DNA from: Octopus vulgaris
Lineage: Eukaryota
Reading direction: 5' to 3'
DNA: 64,000 bases
Assembly (NCBI GenBank): GCA_951406725.2
Contig: OX597814.1
Span: forward strand, 68,510,001-68,574,000
Within the stretch, counting starts at the first letter, position 1, and each line of letters starts with the position of its first letter. The notes beneath the pieces were generated by a model, which had not been told where the DNA came from, searched no databases, and was given only the letters and a program-made list of their open reading frames with translations. This document shows positions 41,129 to 53,231 of the stretch, piece after piece. A program made the translations under genes and the position numbers.

Positions 41129-41936
41129 GTTTATATTTATATTTATTTATATCTATATTTATGTGTATATATATATATATATATATTTGAAAGAAAGCGA
41201 ATCAAGAAAATTTTTTTATAAAATATGTAATTACACCGGTTTCCACGTTGCATTAATTAAAAAAGAATGATTATCAGTTATATAATTTCAATTCTGTAAT
41301 CGCATTCCATTGGAATATCTTCAGAGATACATAAAACCCTCATTTGTAATTTTACTGGATTGATGACAATGAAACAACTGTGTTGAATTACTTTAAAAAA
41401 TTAGTTTCTATATTTGGTAGTTTGTGACGGGAGGCCTCGCAAAAATATCATAGGAAGGAGAATTGAAGTGCTGCTAGAGTGTCACTGAATAGAATAAATA
41501 TGTATCCAAAGCGATCAACTTACAGTGAGCACGGCATGATGTCTCGACGATTATTTAATTATCGTCAATATCTGTGACTTGACTATGTAGATTCCAACCA
41601 AATGATATATGGATTACATACACATGAAAAAAAAACACGCTCTATATGTTTGTGTGTGTGTGTGTACACATGCCAAAGAGAATAGTTAAAGTTAGTAGGT
41701 TGGCTTCATTCCATTAATTCACACCGAAATGAAAGCTAGCTATATATCTTCCTTATACTCCCTATAAAGTGTTTGCATGCGCGCATGTGTGTGTCTGTCT
41801 GTGTGTGTGTGTGCGCGCGCGCGTGTGTGTATGTGTGTGTGTGTGCTTGTATGTTTTGTTTTATTAAAAACAAATTTGTTTCACCCGAAATCATGCCTGG
41901 GACCAGTTACTAAAGAATTGGAGTGCGCTAGAAATA

Positions 41937-42336
41937 TAGTAATCACTCAGCATATCGGGGTTCACCTATCGCGCCCACAGTACATCGCGGATTTTTCTGG
42001 CTAATATATGTAAATTTATATCGCGGGTTTCTGCAACCGATAGGTATTTATATTTTTTCATATTCTAATTATTTATGTGGTAAAATAAGCATTTTCACGC
42101 CTAAAAATTGATAAATTAATAAATAAAAATAGAGTACAGTACTGCTCTGTATAACAACGTATTAGAAGAGGTGTTGTTTTGCATTTATAATAAAGATAAA
42201 TATATACAAATTATAAAAATACTTTTTAAAAATATACAGTATAGTACCGTTTCTACCTCACAGATTTTCTCCTATCACGAGGAGTGGGGGTGCGGCGGTT
42301 TGGAACGTAACACCCGCGATAGTCGAGGGATTACTG
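41937..42336. mobile_element. pogo/Tigger-type MITE
   Basis: TA|TAGTAATCACTC ... CGAGGGATTACTG|TA terminal inverted repeats with TA TSD. Confidence 0.75.
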
Positions 42337-42624
42337 TATCAACACAAAGATGAGGACAGATAAGAACAACGTGGGTTGACGATGGCGCAGCTGGTTTGTT
42401 ATAGTTGTGTGGTTGTGTTGTTTTGTAAAAACGTAGAGACGTGATAATAATGATGTCATCGATGATAATGAGGATCTTTTAATGTTGTGGATGGTGATTA
42501 TAACATCGATAGTGGTGCTGTCATTTACGTGATGTTGTAAGATGGTGGTAGTGATAATACAAATGGCGCTGTTGAAATTGATGATAATGATGACGACGAC
42601 GACAGTGAGAGTGATGATTTGAAT

Positions 42625-42745
42625 ATCATCTTCGTTGCCTACTTGTTCCCGAGAAGATCGTGGGGGTAGAGTCCTCAAGTATGCATTCTATTGGGCCTTG
42701 TCAGAAGCAGCCGTCTCCAGCTGACTCGGCTGGATCCCCAAATAT
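42625..42745 (-). mobile_element. Possible RTE-type LINE 3' end fragment
   Basis: GIQPSQLETAASDKAQ*..LRTLPPR resembles RTE C-termini; followed by a GAT-type tail. Confidence 0.4.
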
Positions 42746-42765
42746 GATCAACTGAGCTCTTGATG

Positions 42766-42797
<32 letters not shown>

Positions 42798-43159
42798 GAT
42801 GATGATTATGTTAATAGTAGTGGTGGTGATGTAGGAGGTAGTTGCCGGTAATTCCAGTAACAGTAGCTTTGTATTTCCTTGTCCAGGAAGTTATCCGTAG
42901 GGGAAAAATACGTACAAAGTGTGTGCTCACCTACGCATGCATAAACATTCAAAAACTAAATGTGAATTGGTTGTAGGGTTAGAGTCACTGGGAACATACA
43001 GACAAGCATCCGTTCATACATGTACGCATACAATACACACTTATATACATACATTCATACTTGCAAGTAAGCATACGAACAATAATGCATGCATACAAAC
43101 AGGTTTATACATAGAGTACTTGGTATAGATAAATATATCTTTCAGTCTATGTATTTGAC

Positions 43160-43176
43160 TCTGTGTGTGTGTGTGC

Positions 43177-43268
<92 letters not shown>
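43160..43268. repeat. (TG)n microsatellite
   Basis: Directly visible. Confidence 0.95.
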
Positions 43269-43744
43269 CTATCGATCTAACTGTCCGTGCTAATTCGCCT
43301 ATTTACCAGTCAGTCCCTTTTTCCAGCCACATATATAACTATCTACTACTCCATTGATTTATGTTTCACGACACTTGACAGAGTGATGAGATTTTACTAG
43401 AGACACAGGGGAAATCTCTATCACATATCCACTAGCCCCTGTTTGTTTTTCAAACAACCATAGTCGCAAAAGTATCATCTTTCCTGGACATTTGGTCTTC
43501 CTAGCTTTTCGTATCTACCTCAGCGAGTTGGTATGTTACTTTCAATTAATGGTGTGACTCTTTTGAAGATAGCCACTAAACACATGCCTTTTGCATCTCA
43601 AATCCTGAGGCCACCACCTTGCCTACATATGTGTCCACCATTACCTTGTTTGAAGCAGGGGAGCCGGGTGTTTCCTCTGCAAGGATTGTCTCTTTCTCTC
43701 TGGCTCAAACTAAAGAATTTAACACTTATCTTGGCTTACGAAAC

Positions 43745-44085
43745 GTTCAAGGAAACCAGATGCCTGAAACCCTGTCAGTTTTTTCTTGTGATGCAATCAG
43801 TCTCTCGCGCTTTTGATCGGGTGTCAGAAGACGTGACATCCAACGACCAGACACCTTCGTCATGCCAAGTTCATTGTGCAGTATATAGTCAATTCTCTTA
43901 CCGAATAGGCTAATAGCATTGGCTATTTGATTTAGAGTCACTCGCCCGTCATCAAACGCTATGTGATGAACACGATCAATATTTTTCACGATGGTGACAG
44001 TTGCAGGACGTCCAGATCTTAGATCACCTTCAAAGCTCTCACTTCCCCACCTAAATTCAGCTGCTCACTTCTCCGCTTACGCCAA
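43745..44085 (-). pseudogene. Mariner transposase N-terminal fragment
   Basis: RSGRP...NIDRVH...DGRVTLNQIA...ILHNELGMTKVSGRWMSRLLTPDQKRER (WVPxxL linker). Confidence 0.85.
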
Positions 44086-44363
44086 CATGCAACATTTGTA
44101 GAACATAGGAAGAAGGTTAGTGATAGTAACTTTATCAAAAAAAAAAAAAAGATCTGAAATTAACATTCTTTCCAGCTCTATAAATGAAAACGAAAACATG
44201 AATGATGTGAGAATACCAAGCGATATCGCAGTTAACGATATTCCAACAGATTCTATACTGCCTGCCAGCCAAACTACAGTACTGGCTAAAGTAACTGACT
44301 ATTCTCCCTCTACTACGACTATGGTAAATAACAGGCACAACCGCAATAATTATTGTTGTTGTT

Positions 44364-44418
<55 letters not shown>

Positions 44419-44439
44419 CTTTAGTAGTAAGAATTATAT

Positions 44440-47400
44440 ACCAGTGAAATGTGCCCTTACTGAAATTTTCCGAGAAAAAATAAAGTTTTGAAGTACTCTC
44501 TCGAAGGGAGAGTATTCTCTACCAAAGTAAAAATGGTGAGAAGTATTTACAGCAGTGTAATGAACCCACATTATGGCTGAATAACGTCTTACTATATGCT
44601 CTGTCTACTACTGCAAAGCAGTACATGAATGACATTCAAAATGCCAGCAAAACCGAAACAACAAAGAAAGTACCATCATGGGTTTTGAAGACAGAGAAAA
44701 AGATTACTGATTTACGGAGGACCATCAGCCATGTGATGATGCTTATTGCGTGCAAAGAAGCAAATCACTATAGGTCTAATCAACAGAAAGTGAAGTAAGG
44801 GATAGAGCAAAAGAGGACAGTCACTTGCAAACTGATCACCCTCAAGCTGTCAGTGAGAAACTCCGACAGAAAAGAATAACCGAGAGAAAAACAATAAACA
44901 AAAAACTTAACCCGAAGCAGACAGCAGTATACAGGGACATGAAAGGAGAAGCAGTGAACATCGCAGAAGGTCATTCACGAGAAGACATGGACTATTTCTG
45001 GAGGTAGATCTGGAGTGAAGATGAGTTTAACCAAGATGCACTGTTGCTGGAAAAATCCAAAGAATATATGGCCCCTGCATTACATCCAAGACATACAGCA
45101 TTGATGGTGATACCCTTGTAACTGTGTTCCAGAAGCATTAGCATGGAAACGCACCTGGAAGAGATTTGATTGTTTGATATTGGTACAAGAAGCTAACATT
45201 CTACCAACCATATCTTATCAATCTGTACAAGCAAGCTTTCATTGGTAACAGTAGCATACCACACTGGTTAGCTTTAGCAGAGTCAAAATTGATTCCCAAA
45301 TGCAGAAGCACCCCATGGCAAAGAAACTACCAGCCAATGGCACGCCAGAACTTAATGTATAAGATATATACAGCATGCTTAAGACTCTTCCTTCAAAACC
45401 ACTGTGAAACCAATAACATCGTCACAGTAGAATAAACAGCTGGGAAGATGGGAGTTTGGGGATGTGCTTAGCAACAAAATTGTGATGTGAGAGGTACGAG
45501 AGCATAGTAGGAAACTATTCTCACTGTGATTAGACTACAAGAAAACTTTTGACTCTGTTCCCTACTCATGGATGCTAGAAGCCCTTCAACTTGCTGACCT
45601 GACTTCATTGTGGGCCACCATCTTGAAATTAAACACAAAGAGTGACAGTATTATTACTGATAGAATACAGTATCACAGAGGCATATTCCAAGAGGACAGT
45701 CTATCTGTGATGTTGTTTATACTTTCTGTAAACGCCTTGTCATTAATGTTAACGAGGAAACAGAAATACCAAAATTACACACTGGTTCCTTGTGGATGAC
45801 TTGAAACTTTATGCAAATAATTTGCACGAGATGAAAAAGAGCCTTGACCTGGTTACAACATTCTCAAAGGATGTAGGGTCGGAATTTGGTCAGGATAAAT
45901 GTTATATGGTTGGAAAGAGGCAAAATTGTAAACCAGACTAACATCTCCATGAATGGCGTGACTGTTTCCCCTATATCTGATGAAGAATGTTACAGGTATC
46001 TAGGGTGGATGAAAACATATCTTACAATGGCACCTGAAGCAAAACACGTGTCGCTAGAGAATATTACAGACGAATAAAGAAAATTTGGACCTCAGAACTC
46101 TGTATTCAATAAAACAGGGGTCCACAATGTGTTTGCAGTACCAATGCTCATACCAACATTTGGGCTGCTTGATAGGACGCTTGATGAGATCCGAGCCACT
46201 GATGTGAAAACCTGGAAATACTAACAAAGACACATAATTTCTACATAGTGACGCGGACCGCCACTATCTTAAAAGAAAACACCGATCCAAAATGTTTTTG
46301 AATGTCGTATCGTACTCATTCAACAACATCTTTTAACCACCAAATGTCAAAGTGCATCCCTTGACCAAGTTTACATACATGAGGCTGATAACGTCATAAG
46401 ACTTGAAAGCAGCTCTCTGGGCTGCATTCCTCGTCTGATAATCTTAAATACATGCCCAAAGAAGTCGCACGACCCTACTGCAATGTATCATCCGCAATGT
46501 ATCATCAGATGAAAGGATGACCATATTTGTACAGATATTTTAGTAGAAAGCTCAGAGATGAGAGTAGCATTGATCATCAAAGCAGTCTATCATGGACCAA
46601 CTACCGGATTAATACTTCCCACATTGAATGTATGCGTTTGCAATTCAGGAACAGGAAATATCAACCAAATACCTGATGCACAAAAGGAATAGAGATGCAG
46701 AAAAAGCAGTAAAATGTGACAACCAATGCAGACTCCGAAGATAATACCCACATCATAAGCAGTTGTCCAAAAATGTCTTCACGCTATTATCTGCTGATGA
46801 GACATGTTGTTCTGGTTAGGAAAATGTATAATGAGATGCGTTGAAAGGATAATCCTGAGGACAAAGAAATAAGAACCCACAATATGGTGAAAGCCATAGC
46901 CTTTCATATTAAAAAGGAGTGCTGGTGGAATGTCCCAGTGAAAACCTCAATAACATGTAAACACAATAGACCTGATATAACAATTTGAGATGGAGAATAG
47001 AAACTGTGTACAGTTGTGGAAATCAACTGAAGATCAGTGAAAAAGGAAAAACCTACACTGAACTATTGAAAAATCTACAGCTACGCTATCCAGATTGCAA
47101 GTTCAAGTTCACACCTATAATTATTTGGGCACTGAGATATGTAACACACTGCTTAAATCTTGAGACATTAAGCTTCTTAAAACCAGAAAAGAGAAAGCTG
47201 GTTCGAAGACTACAGATCCAATCCATCACTGGAACTGTAAAAATCTGTAAAACTTTCCAGAAGTTTTTCATTTAAAGATTTTTGATCATGTCTAGATATG
47301 CAAGTATATGCAAGTATATACCTAAAACAAAACATACAAATCTGCTCGTATACATACATACATACATACATACATACATACATACATACATACATTCATA

Positions 47401-47552
47401 CATACATACATACATACATACATACATACATACATACATACAAAATTACCCTGTCCTTGATGTTGAAATTCCAATGAAGGAGCTTTGGATTTAGGTTAGA
47501 AACCAGCTCTTTTTCTATTGGCAGGAGATATTGAAATATAACTGAATAATGA
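44440..47552 (+). mobile_element. Decayed R4-clade (RT plus RLE) non-LTR retrotransposon with (CATA)n in its 3' region
   Basis: DYKKTFDSVPYSWMLEAL, RGIFQEDSLSVMLFILSVN, VDDLKLYA, FGQDKC, KHNRPDI, EKGKTYTELL...PIIIWAL; different 3' UTR from the 28084 family. Confidence 0.88.
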
Positions 47553-47569
47553 CGTACATACATACGCAT

Positions 47570-47810
47570 ACAGTAGTGGAAATCAGCTGCCCAGCGGATA
47601 TTAAAAATAGAGCTAGAGATCAGGGAAAATAGAGTATCTACGCTGAACTATTGAGAAATCGGCAGTTACTCTACCCAGATTACAAGTTCAGGTTTATACC
47701 TGTAATTATTGAGGCTCTGAGATATGTAACGCATTGCCTAAATATCAATCTTGAGAAATTAGGCTTCTCAAAACCAGGAAGGAAGCAGATTCGAAGACTA
47801 TAGATTCAAT
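47570..47810 (+). mobile_element. Second truncated RLE fragment of the same LINE family
   Basis: Paralogous to 47010-47222 (VVEISCPAD...YPDYKFRFIPVII). Confidence 0.8.
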
Positions 47811-47811
47811 G

Positions 47812-48127
47812 ACCATGGGATTGTACCTAGAAAGTTACCATCCAAGGTACAAGCCCGAGCAAGGTTGTTTATGGAAGAACTACAGTTGCTCATGCATACC
47901 ACCCTCCACTCTCAACACTGCCTATGTTCTCTAAAGGAAAGACAAAGGCCGAAACAGCCTGGCAACAGTCAGTGACGTTGCAACTCATTTCTACAACTGA
48001 GTGAACTGGAGCAACGTGAAATAAAGGGTCTTGTTCAAGAGCACAACACAGAGCTTGGACCGGGAATCGAACTCACTATCTCATGGTTGTGAGACCGATG
48101 CTCTAACCACTGAGCCATGCACCTCCA
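47812..48127 (-). mobile_element. tRNA-headed SINE (GGAGGCGCATGGCTCAGTGG family)
   Basis: A box TGGCTCAGTGG, B box GAGTTCGATTCCC; same family at 63800-63987. Confidence 0.85.
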
Positions 48128-48769
48128 CATACATACATAATGGAGAGCATCCAATACGTAGCTAACTCTATCCACCAAAGTATCATGGTAACTATAAACT
48201 ACCTCACTAAGCACCATGATAATAGACTCCCTGTCCTTGATACTGAACTTAGAGACTGCGAATAAGAGTGAAGCTTCTCCACTCTTACTACATGAAACCC
48301 ATAGCTTCTAAATATGCTATTCGCGAGAACTCCGCTTTGTCACACATGAAAATCAACATATTGATAGCAGACTTAGTTAGGATAATGCGAACCCCATGAA
48401 ACAAGGAAATATGTACAGAACTTCATGTACCACATGCAATTCTCTGGATATGATCGGAAAGATAGGATTCGGGTATACAGGGGAGCTAGAAACATCAGAG
48501 TTAGATAACATCATATGTAATGAAACCAGTGGATTCAAAATGGACGCAAATGGATCGAAATCACAGTTATACAAAATATAGATTAGTACCAAATCCTCTT
48601 CTGGTTACTTCAGAAATTATTATCATTATCTCAGCTAACATTGCAGAGTTCCTAAAGTAGATCCAACTTTAATATACACCGATTGTGGATGACACCTGGT
48701 AGCCCAAACTGTGCCGGTGCTCTACTAAACACTTCAACATACTAATCGACATATATTATTCCAAAATAT

Positions 48770-48855
<86 letters not shown>

Positions 48856-49031
48856 GTATGTTTTCATATGCTATTTTCTATAATTAATAAAGCTATCGGC
48901 ATTTTTGTCGAAACGGGTATGCTATTGATTATATGATTTAGAATAATATTTAAAAATAATAGCATAACACATGACCCGATGTTTTACCCTGTAATTGATA
49001 TTTCTTGAATTTCACACGTCCTGCTTTACAC

Positions 49032-49103
<72 letters not shown>
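49032..49103. repeat. (GATA)18 microsatellite abutting the 3' end of Tx1 copy A
   Basis: Directly visible. Confidence 0.97.
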
Positions 49104-49104
<1 letters not shown>

Positions 49105-49403
49105 CTTTCTTTTATTAGACACGCAGGGCTGAATACAGAGTGGACAAATACAAATGTGCAGAGCTTTTCTTTTCGAGGGTGGAAAAAAAAGAAAATAAAT
49201 GTAAGATTGCGATCAAAAGGGATCGAGAGGAGGAAAAAAAAGAAAAGAAATCGTGTATCACAGAAACAATGATAAAAACATTGATAAAACAAGATTGGGT
49301 TCATCCGTGGGAAGAAAAGACTACAGAAAAGACCACGGGAACCTCAGTCAGGGAGGAAATAAACACATGAGAGCAAAATGCTCTCTCTCTTTCTTTTTAC
49401 GAT

Positions 49404-52400
49404 CTACAGGATCATGCTCAAAATGGTTTCGTCACTCGCACGCACCATCTTTGCAACATTCACCCACCTTTTTATTAATCTTTCGCGAGACAAAACTTCC
49501 CTCTCCATTCTCACCTTCCTTTTCAAGTGGTACTTGAAAAAGTTGATGAGCGATTGGCCAGAGAGGTAAGTGTTTGTCTCTAATCCTTTCGCTCGGGTCC
49601 ACCACACACATTCTTTCACCATGGCCACCAGTACGATGAAAACTGCCTTGCCTTCCCGGTTGAGGGAAGGGGGCGGAGCAACTTTCACGATAGACTCGGC
49701 CGATAGGCGGATTCGTCCCACATGTGACAGCAGCCGTTCGGCATAAGCCCACAGGTCTGAAATGGTTGGACATTGCACGAGTGCGTGCAGAACGGTTTCG
49801 TCGCTCTGACCGCATCTCGGGCAAGTCGGTGCAGTGTGTCTGGAACCGTGTCTGTAGAGCTTATCCCGAACAGGTAATGCTTCTCGATAGCACTGCCAGG
49901 CCTGGGATCTTTGGTGATTGTTCATAGGTCCCGGCCCGAAAGTTGTCCTGAACAGGCGGGTCAGGTGTTCCTCGTCGACGCCCAGACTCTGCCCGAGTTC
50001 GTCGTCGCACCTCCCCTCCTCTAATCCTCTATAGAATGCCTTTGTTGTGCTGGAGTCGCACAAGTTCGATCCTGGACGGCAGAGTTGCTTGAGAGCAACG
50101 CGACACTCGCGGTGCCATTCGCCTAACCTCGGTCTCTGCTTGATCCATGACTGTAGTTCGTCCAAGGAGATGAGCTGTGCGAAAGCGCGCCGCACAAAAG
50201 GCGACCACACCTGTTCACCGTTGTCTATGAAGCGCCGGAGATGTCGCAGTCTCAGCGCATGTCTGCGCATCATCAACCACGGCATGCCCAGCCCTCCATT
50301 TAGCGGGTGTTGACAGCAAATGGATCGCCTAACCATCGGAACGTTTCCCTTCCACAGGAAGCGGAAGAGTATACGTTCCAGTTTGGTGATGGTAGGGTCG
50401 GGACAAGGCACGACGGTCAGGCAGTAGTAGATGACGGATGCGATGTACGCGTTCGCCACCTCCGCCCGACCTTTTAGGGATAGCTTTCTCTCAGCCCCAT
50501 TTCTGGGTGAGAGTAGACACCCTAGTCGTTATCTCGCCCCAGTTCTTCTCCATTTGGAGGTTCGGACCGAACCAGACCCCGAGCAATTTAACCGGTCCGT
50601 CCGTCCAGCGTCCCATGATGGAGACGCTGTTGGACGGCATGGGCCTGCTTCTCCAGGTGCCGAGCCGCAAGCCCACTGACTTTTCCCGGTTAATTTTTGC
50701 TCCCGTTACCGCTTCGTATTCTTTTAGTGTCTCGCCGACCAGCTCGATGTGCTGGTAGCTCGACACTATGACGGTGACGTCATCCGCGTATGCAGACACG
50801 CTCCTCCCGCATCCCAGCTCTCGTGGGATGCCCCTCAGCGTCGCCAGTTTCCGCAGTAGTGGCTCAAGAGTCAATACATACAGCAGCGACGAGAGGGGGC
50901 ATCCCTGACGAACCGAACGCATGATGTTAAAAGGTCTGGATAGATGACCATTTACGAGGAACTACTGAGCGGATGCCGCTGTATAAGGCAGCGATCCAAC
51001 CGCGGAAAACTGGACCGAAACCAGCCACTTTAAGGACAGCCTCCAAGTAGTGATGGTCTACCCTATCGAAAGCTTTTGATTGATCCAAATTGATCAGCGC
51101 CCCACCCATGCCAGGATTCTTCACTACACTGTCTATGATGTAGCGCATCAGATGGAGGTTGTCATGAATACTTCTACCCGGCACGGCGCATGTTTGCGCC
51201 TTGTCGATTAGTTTCTTGATGACAAGCGCCAACCTCTCGGCTAACACCTTGGCCAAAATTTTCAAATCTGCGTTGAGCAGAGTGATGGGCCTGAAATTAT
51301 CTATGACGTCCCCATTGTTTGGGTCTTTCTTAATCAGTGCCACTGCTCCTCGCTTTACAAAAGCAGGAATACTCCCGTTTTGCTGCCAGTTGCAGTAGAC
51401 AGCTGCCAAGACGCCTCCAAACAAGTCTGGCATATGACAATAGAGTTCGTAGGGCAGACCATCCAAGCCTGGTGACTTGTCTCTCGCGCAGCCCCCGCCC
51501 CCCCCATCGCATCCCGTACGTCCGCAGCTGTGATAGGCCTTTCACAAGACTCCACCTCTCTTGCTGAGAGTCGTGGCAAGGCATGCAGGTAGGCACTAAA
51601 GTCCACTCTGCGTTCTGACCCACCACTTGTCCCAAACAGTTGGGTGAAGTGTTGTTGAAAAGCCCCACACATCCTTTTAGGCTCGAGCAATTCGCGCCCC
51701 TGTTCATCTATAAGAGACTTGATGGTGGCTCTGTTGCCTCGTTGCGTCTCCACCACTCGGGCCTCTTGGGCGGCTCCAACTCCTTCGTTCCTCAGAGCAC
51801 GCATCCTAGCTCTGACAACGCATCCCTCGTGTTTGGCGTTGAGGTGTTGGTCGAGGGCCAATCTCGCCGCCAGCACGTTGGACGCGATGTCAGTTCTAAG
51901 TGCCTCTTCTAAAACCTTAACTAATTCTCCCTCTATCCTATTTCGGTCTAATGCTAGGGCTTTACTGTATCTGACTGATTCTGCTTTAATTGCTTTTTTT
52001 AGGGCATACCACCATCTGTTGTTGATGATGGTACCCGTCAAAGCTCTCTTAACTAATGTGCTGATCCGGTCCCTGTAAACCTGTCGTGCTGTAAAAGACG
52101 CGTTCAGTTTCCAGTAACCAGGACTCTGCCTATGTGTCTTATCTAAGTCAAGTGTACAAGTCACAAACTTGTGATCTGTGTAACTGACTATATGAAATTG
52201 TGGACAACCTACACTATTTTTATTTATTGTCCTACAGAATACTCTATTTAAGTATGATCTGGACGACCCAATGCAGTTACTCCATGTCCACATTGGCACA
52301 TTCGGGTGGTCCAGTCGGTACCTGTCAGACAGTTGGAAACGTCTGAGCAGGTCTTTGAGGGATTTGCATCCCCTTCTATTGCTATCTCTGCCCACGTAGT

Positions 52401-52851
52401 CTAGATGCGTGTCCAGGGTGGCATTCCAATCCCCCACTAAAAGTAAAGGACGAGACGTTCCCATGAAAGACTCTAGACGTCGAAAGAAATCTGGTCGGCC
52501 TGTTAAGGACGGAGCATAAACTGTTATCAGTCGAAAAGCACACTCATTGCTGCCATCGACATCCAAAACGACCAGCCTACCCTCCGGGTCTAGGAAAATT
52601 GCTCTTACTTTGAGATCCAGACTCTTCCGGAGAAGCACCGCGGTGCTGCCTCCGCCCATTCTCGGTAGACACGGAGAAAAATAAATGTTGAAATGTGTAC
52701 CGAAACTGTGCTGGAGTGCACGCGAGCTGTGGAGTCTGGTCTCACTGATGGCTATGATATTCAGATTTAGTGACTTGATGTCATTTAACAGGTAGCCTTG
52801 TTTCCAAGGCGACCCCAAGCCATGTACATTTATACTGCCTATTCTGAGCAT
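49404..52851 (-). pseudogene. Tx1 copy A ORF2: APE endonuclease, reverse transcriptase, C-terminal CCHC (about 3 frameshifts)
   Basis: SINVHGL, ISETRL, VGDWNA, YTDHKFV, PGYWKLN; FRPITLLNADLKILAK, DQSKAFDRVDH, VRQGCPLS, AYADDV; CPRCGQSDETVLHALVQC. Confidence 0.95.
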
Positions 52852-52918
52852 GTTCCGATAAAAATTGTGTTTTACACACGAAAAGAAAGTGCAAAAAAGG
52901 AAAGAGAGAGAGAAAAGG

Positions 52919-53200
52919 TTACTTGTTGTTCGAAAGTCCTTTGTTTTTCACCTCACAGTCTTCTTCCATGAGATTTTTATATAGTTTCTTTGATGAATAT
53001 TTTTGAAATCTCCCTACTGCATCAGGGTAAAGAGATTTCAGGGTGATGTATGTGTTCTGTGTTACGTGTATTATTTTAATGTGTTGTGGTGGTGTTGTGC
53101 GTGGGTGGTTATTTGTTTTTATGTCGTTTTCAGTTATGTTGGTATTTGACCTAATGTGTTCTATTAGGTCGTGGTTGTTTGTGTTTATGGCTGTCAACAT
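52919..53200 (-). CDS. Conserved 93-aa ORF between the ORF1 body and ORF2 (copy A); separate ORF or ORF1 C-terminal domain
   Basis: ATG start, uninterrupted, colinear homologue of identical length at 60430-60711. Confidence 0.55.
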   Translation of the reverse strand: MLTAINTNNHDLIEHIRSNTNITENDIKTNNHPRTTPPQHIKIIHVTQNTYITLKSLYPDAVGRFQKYSSKKLYKNLMEEDCEVKNKGLSNNK

Positions 53201-53231
53201 TGTTGGGGGGTTTGATGATGGTGTGTTTGTG

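Noticed and set aside
47470-47512. Hammerhead-like CCAATGA...GAAACCAGCTC in a LINE 3' UTR
   Set aside because: Core differs at two essential positions and stem I is absent.
48140-48760. Possible exon or RT fragment (MKQGNMYRTSCTTC...)
   Set aside because: No recognisable domain, and frames are broken by stops.
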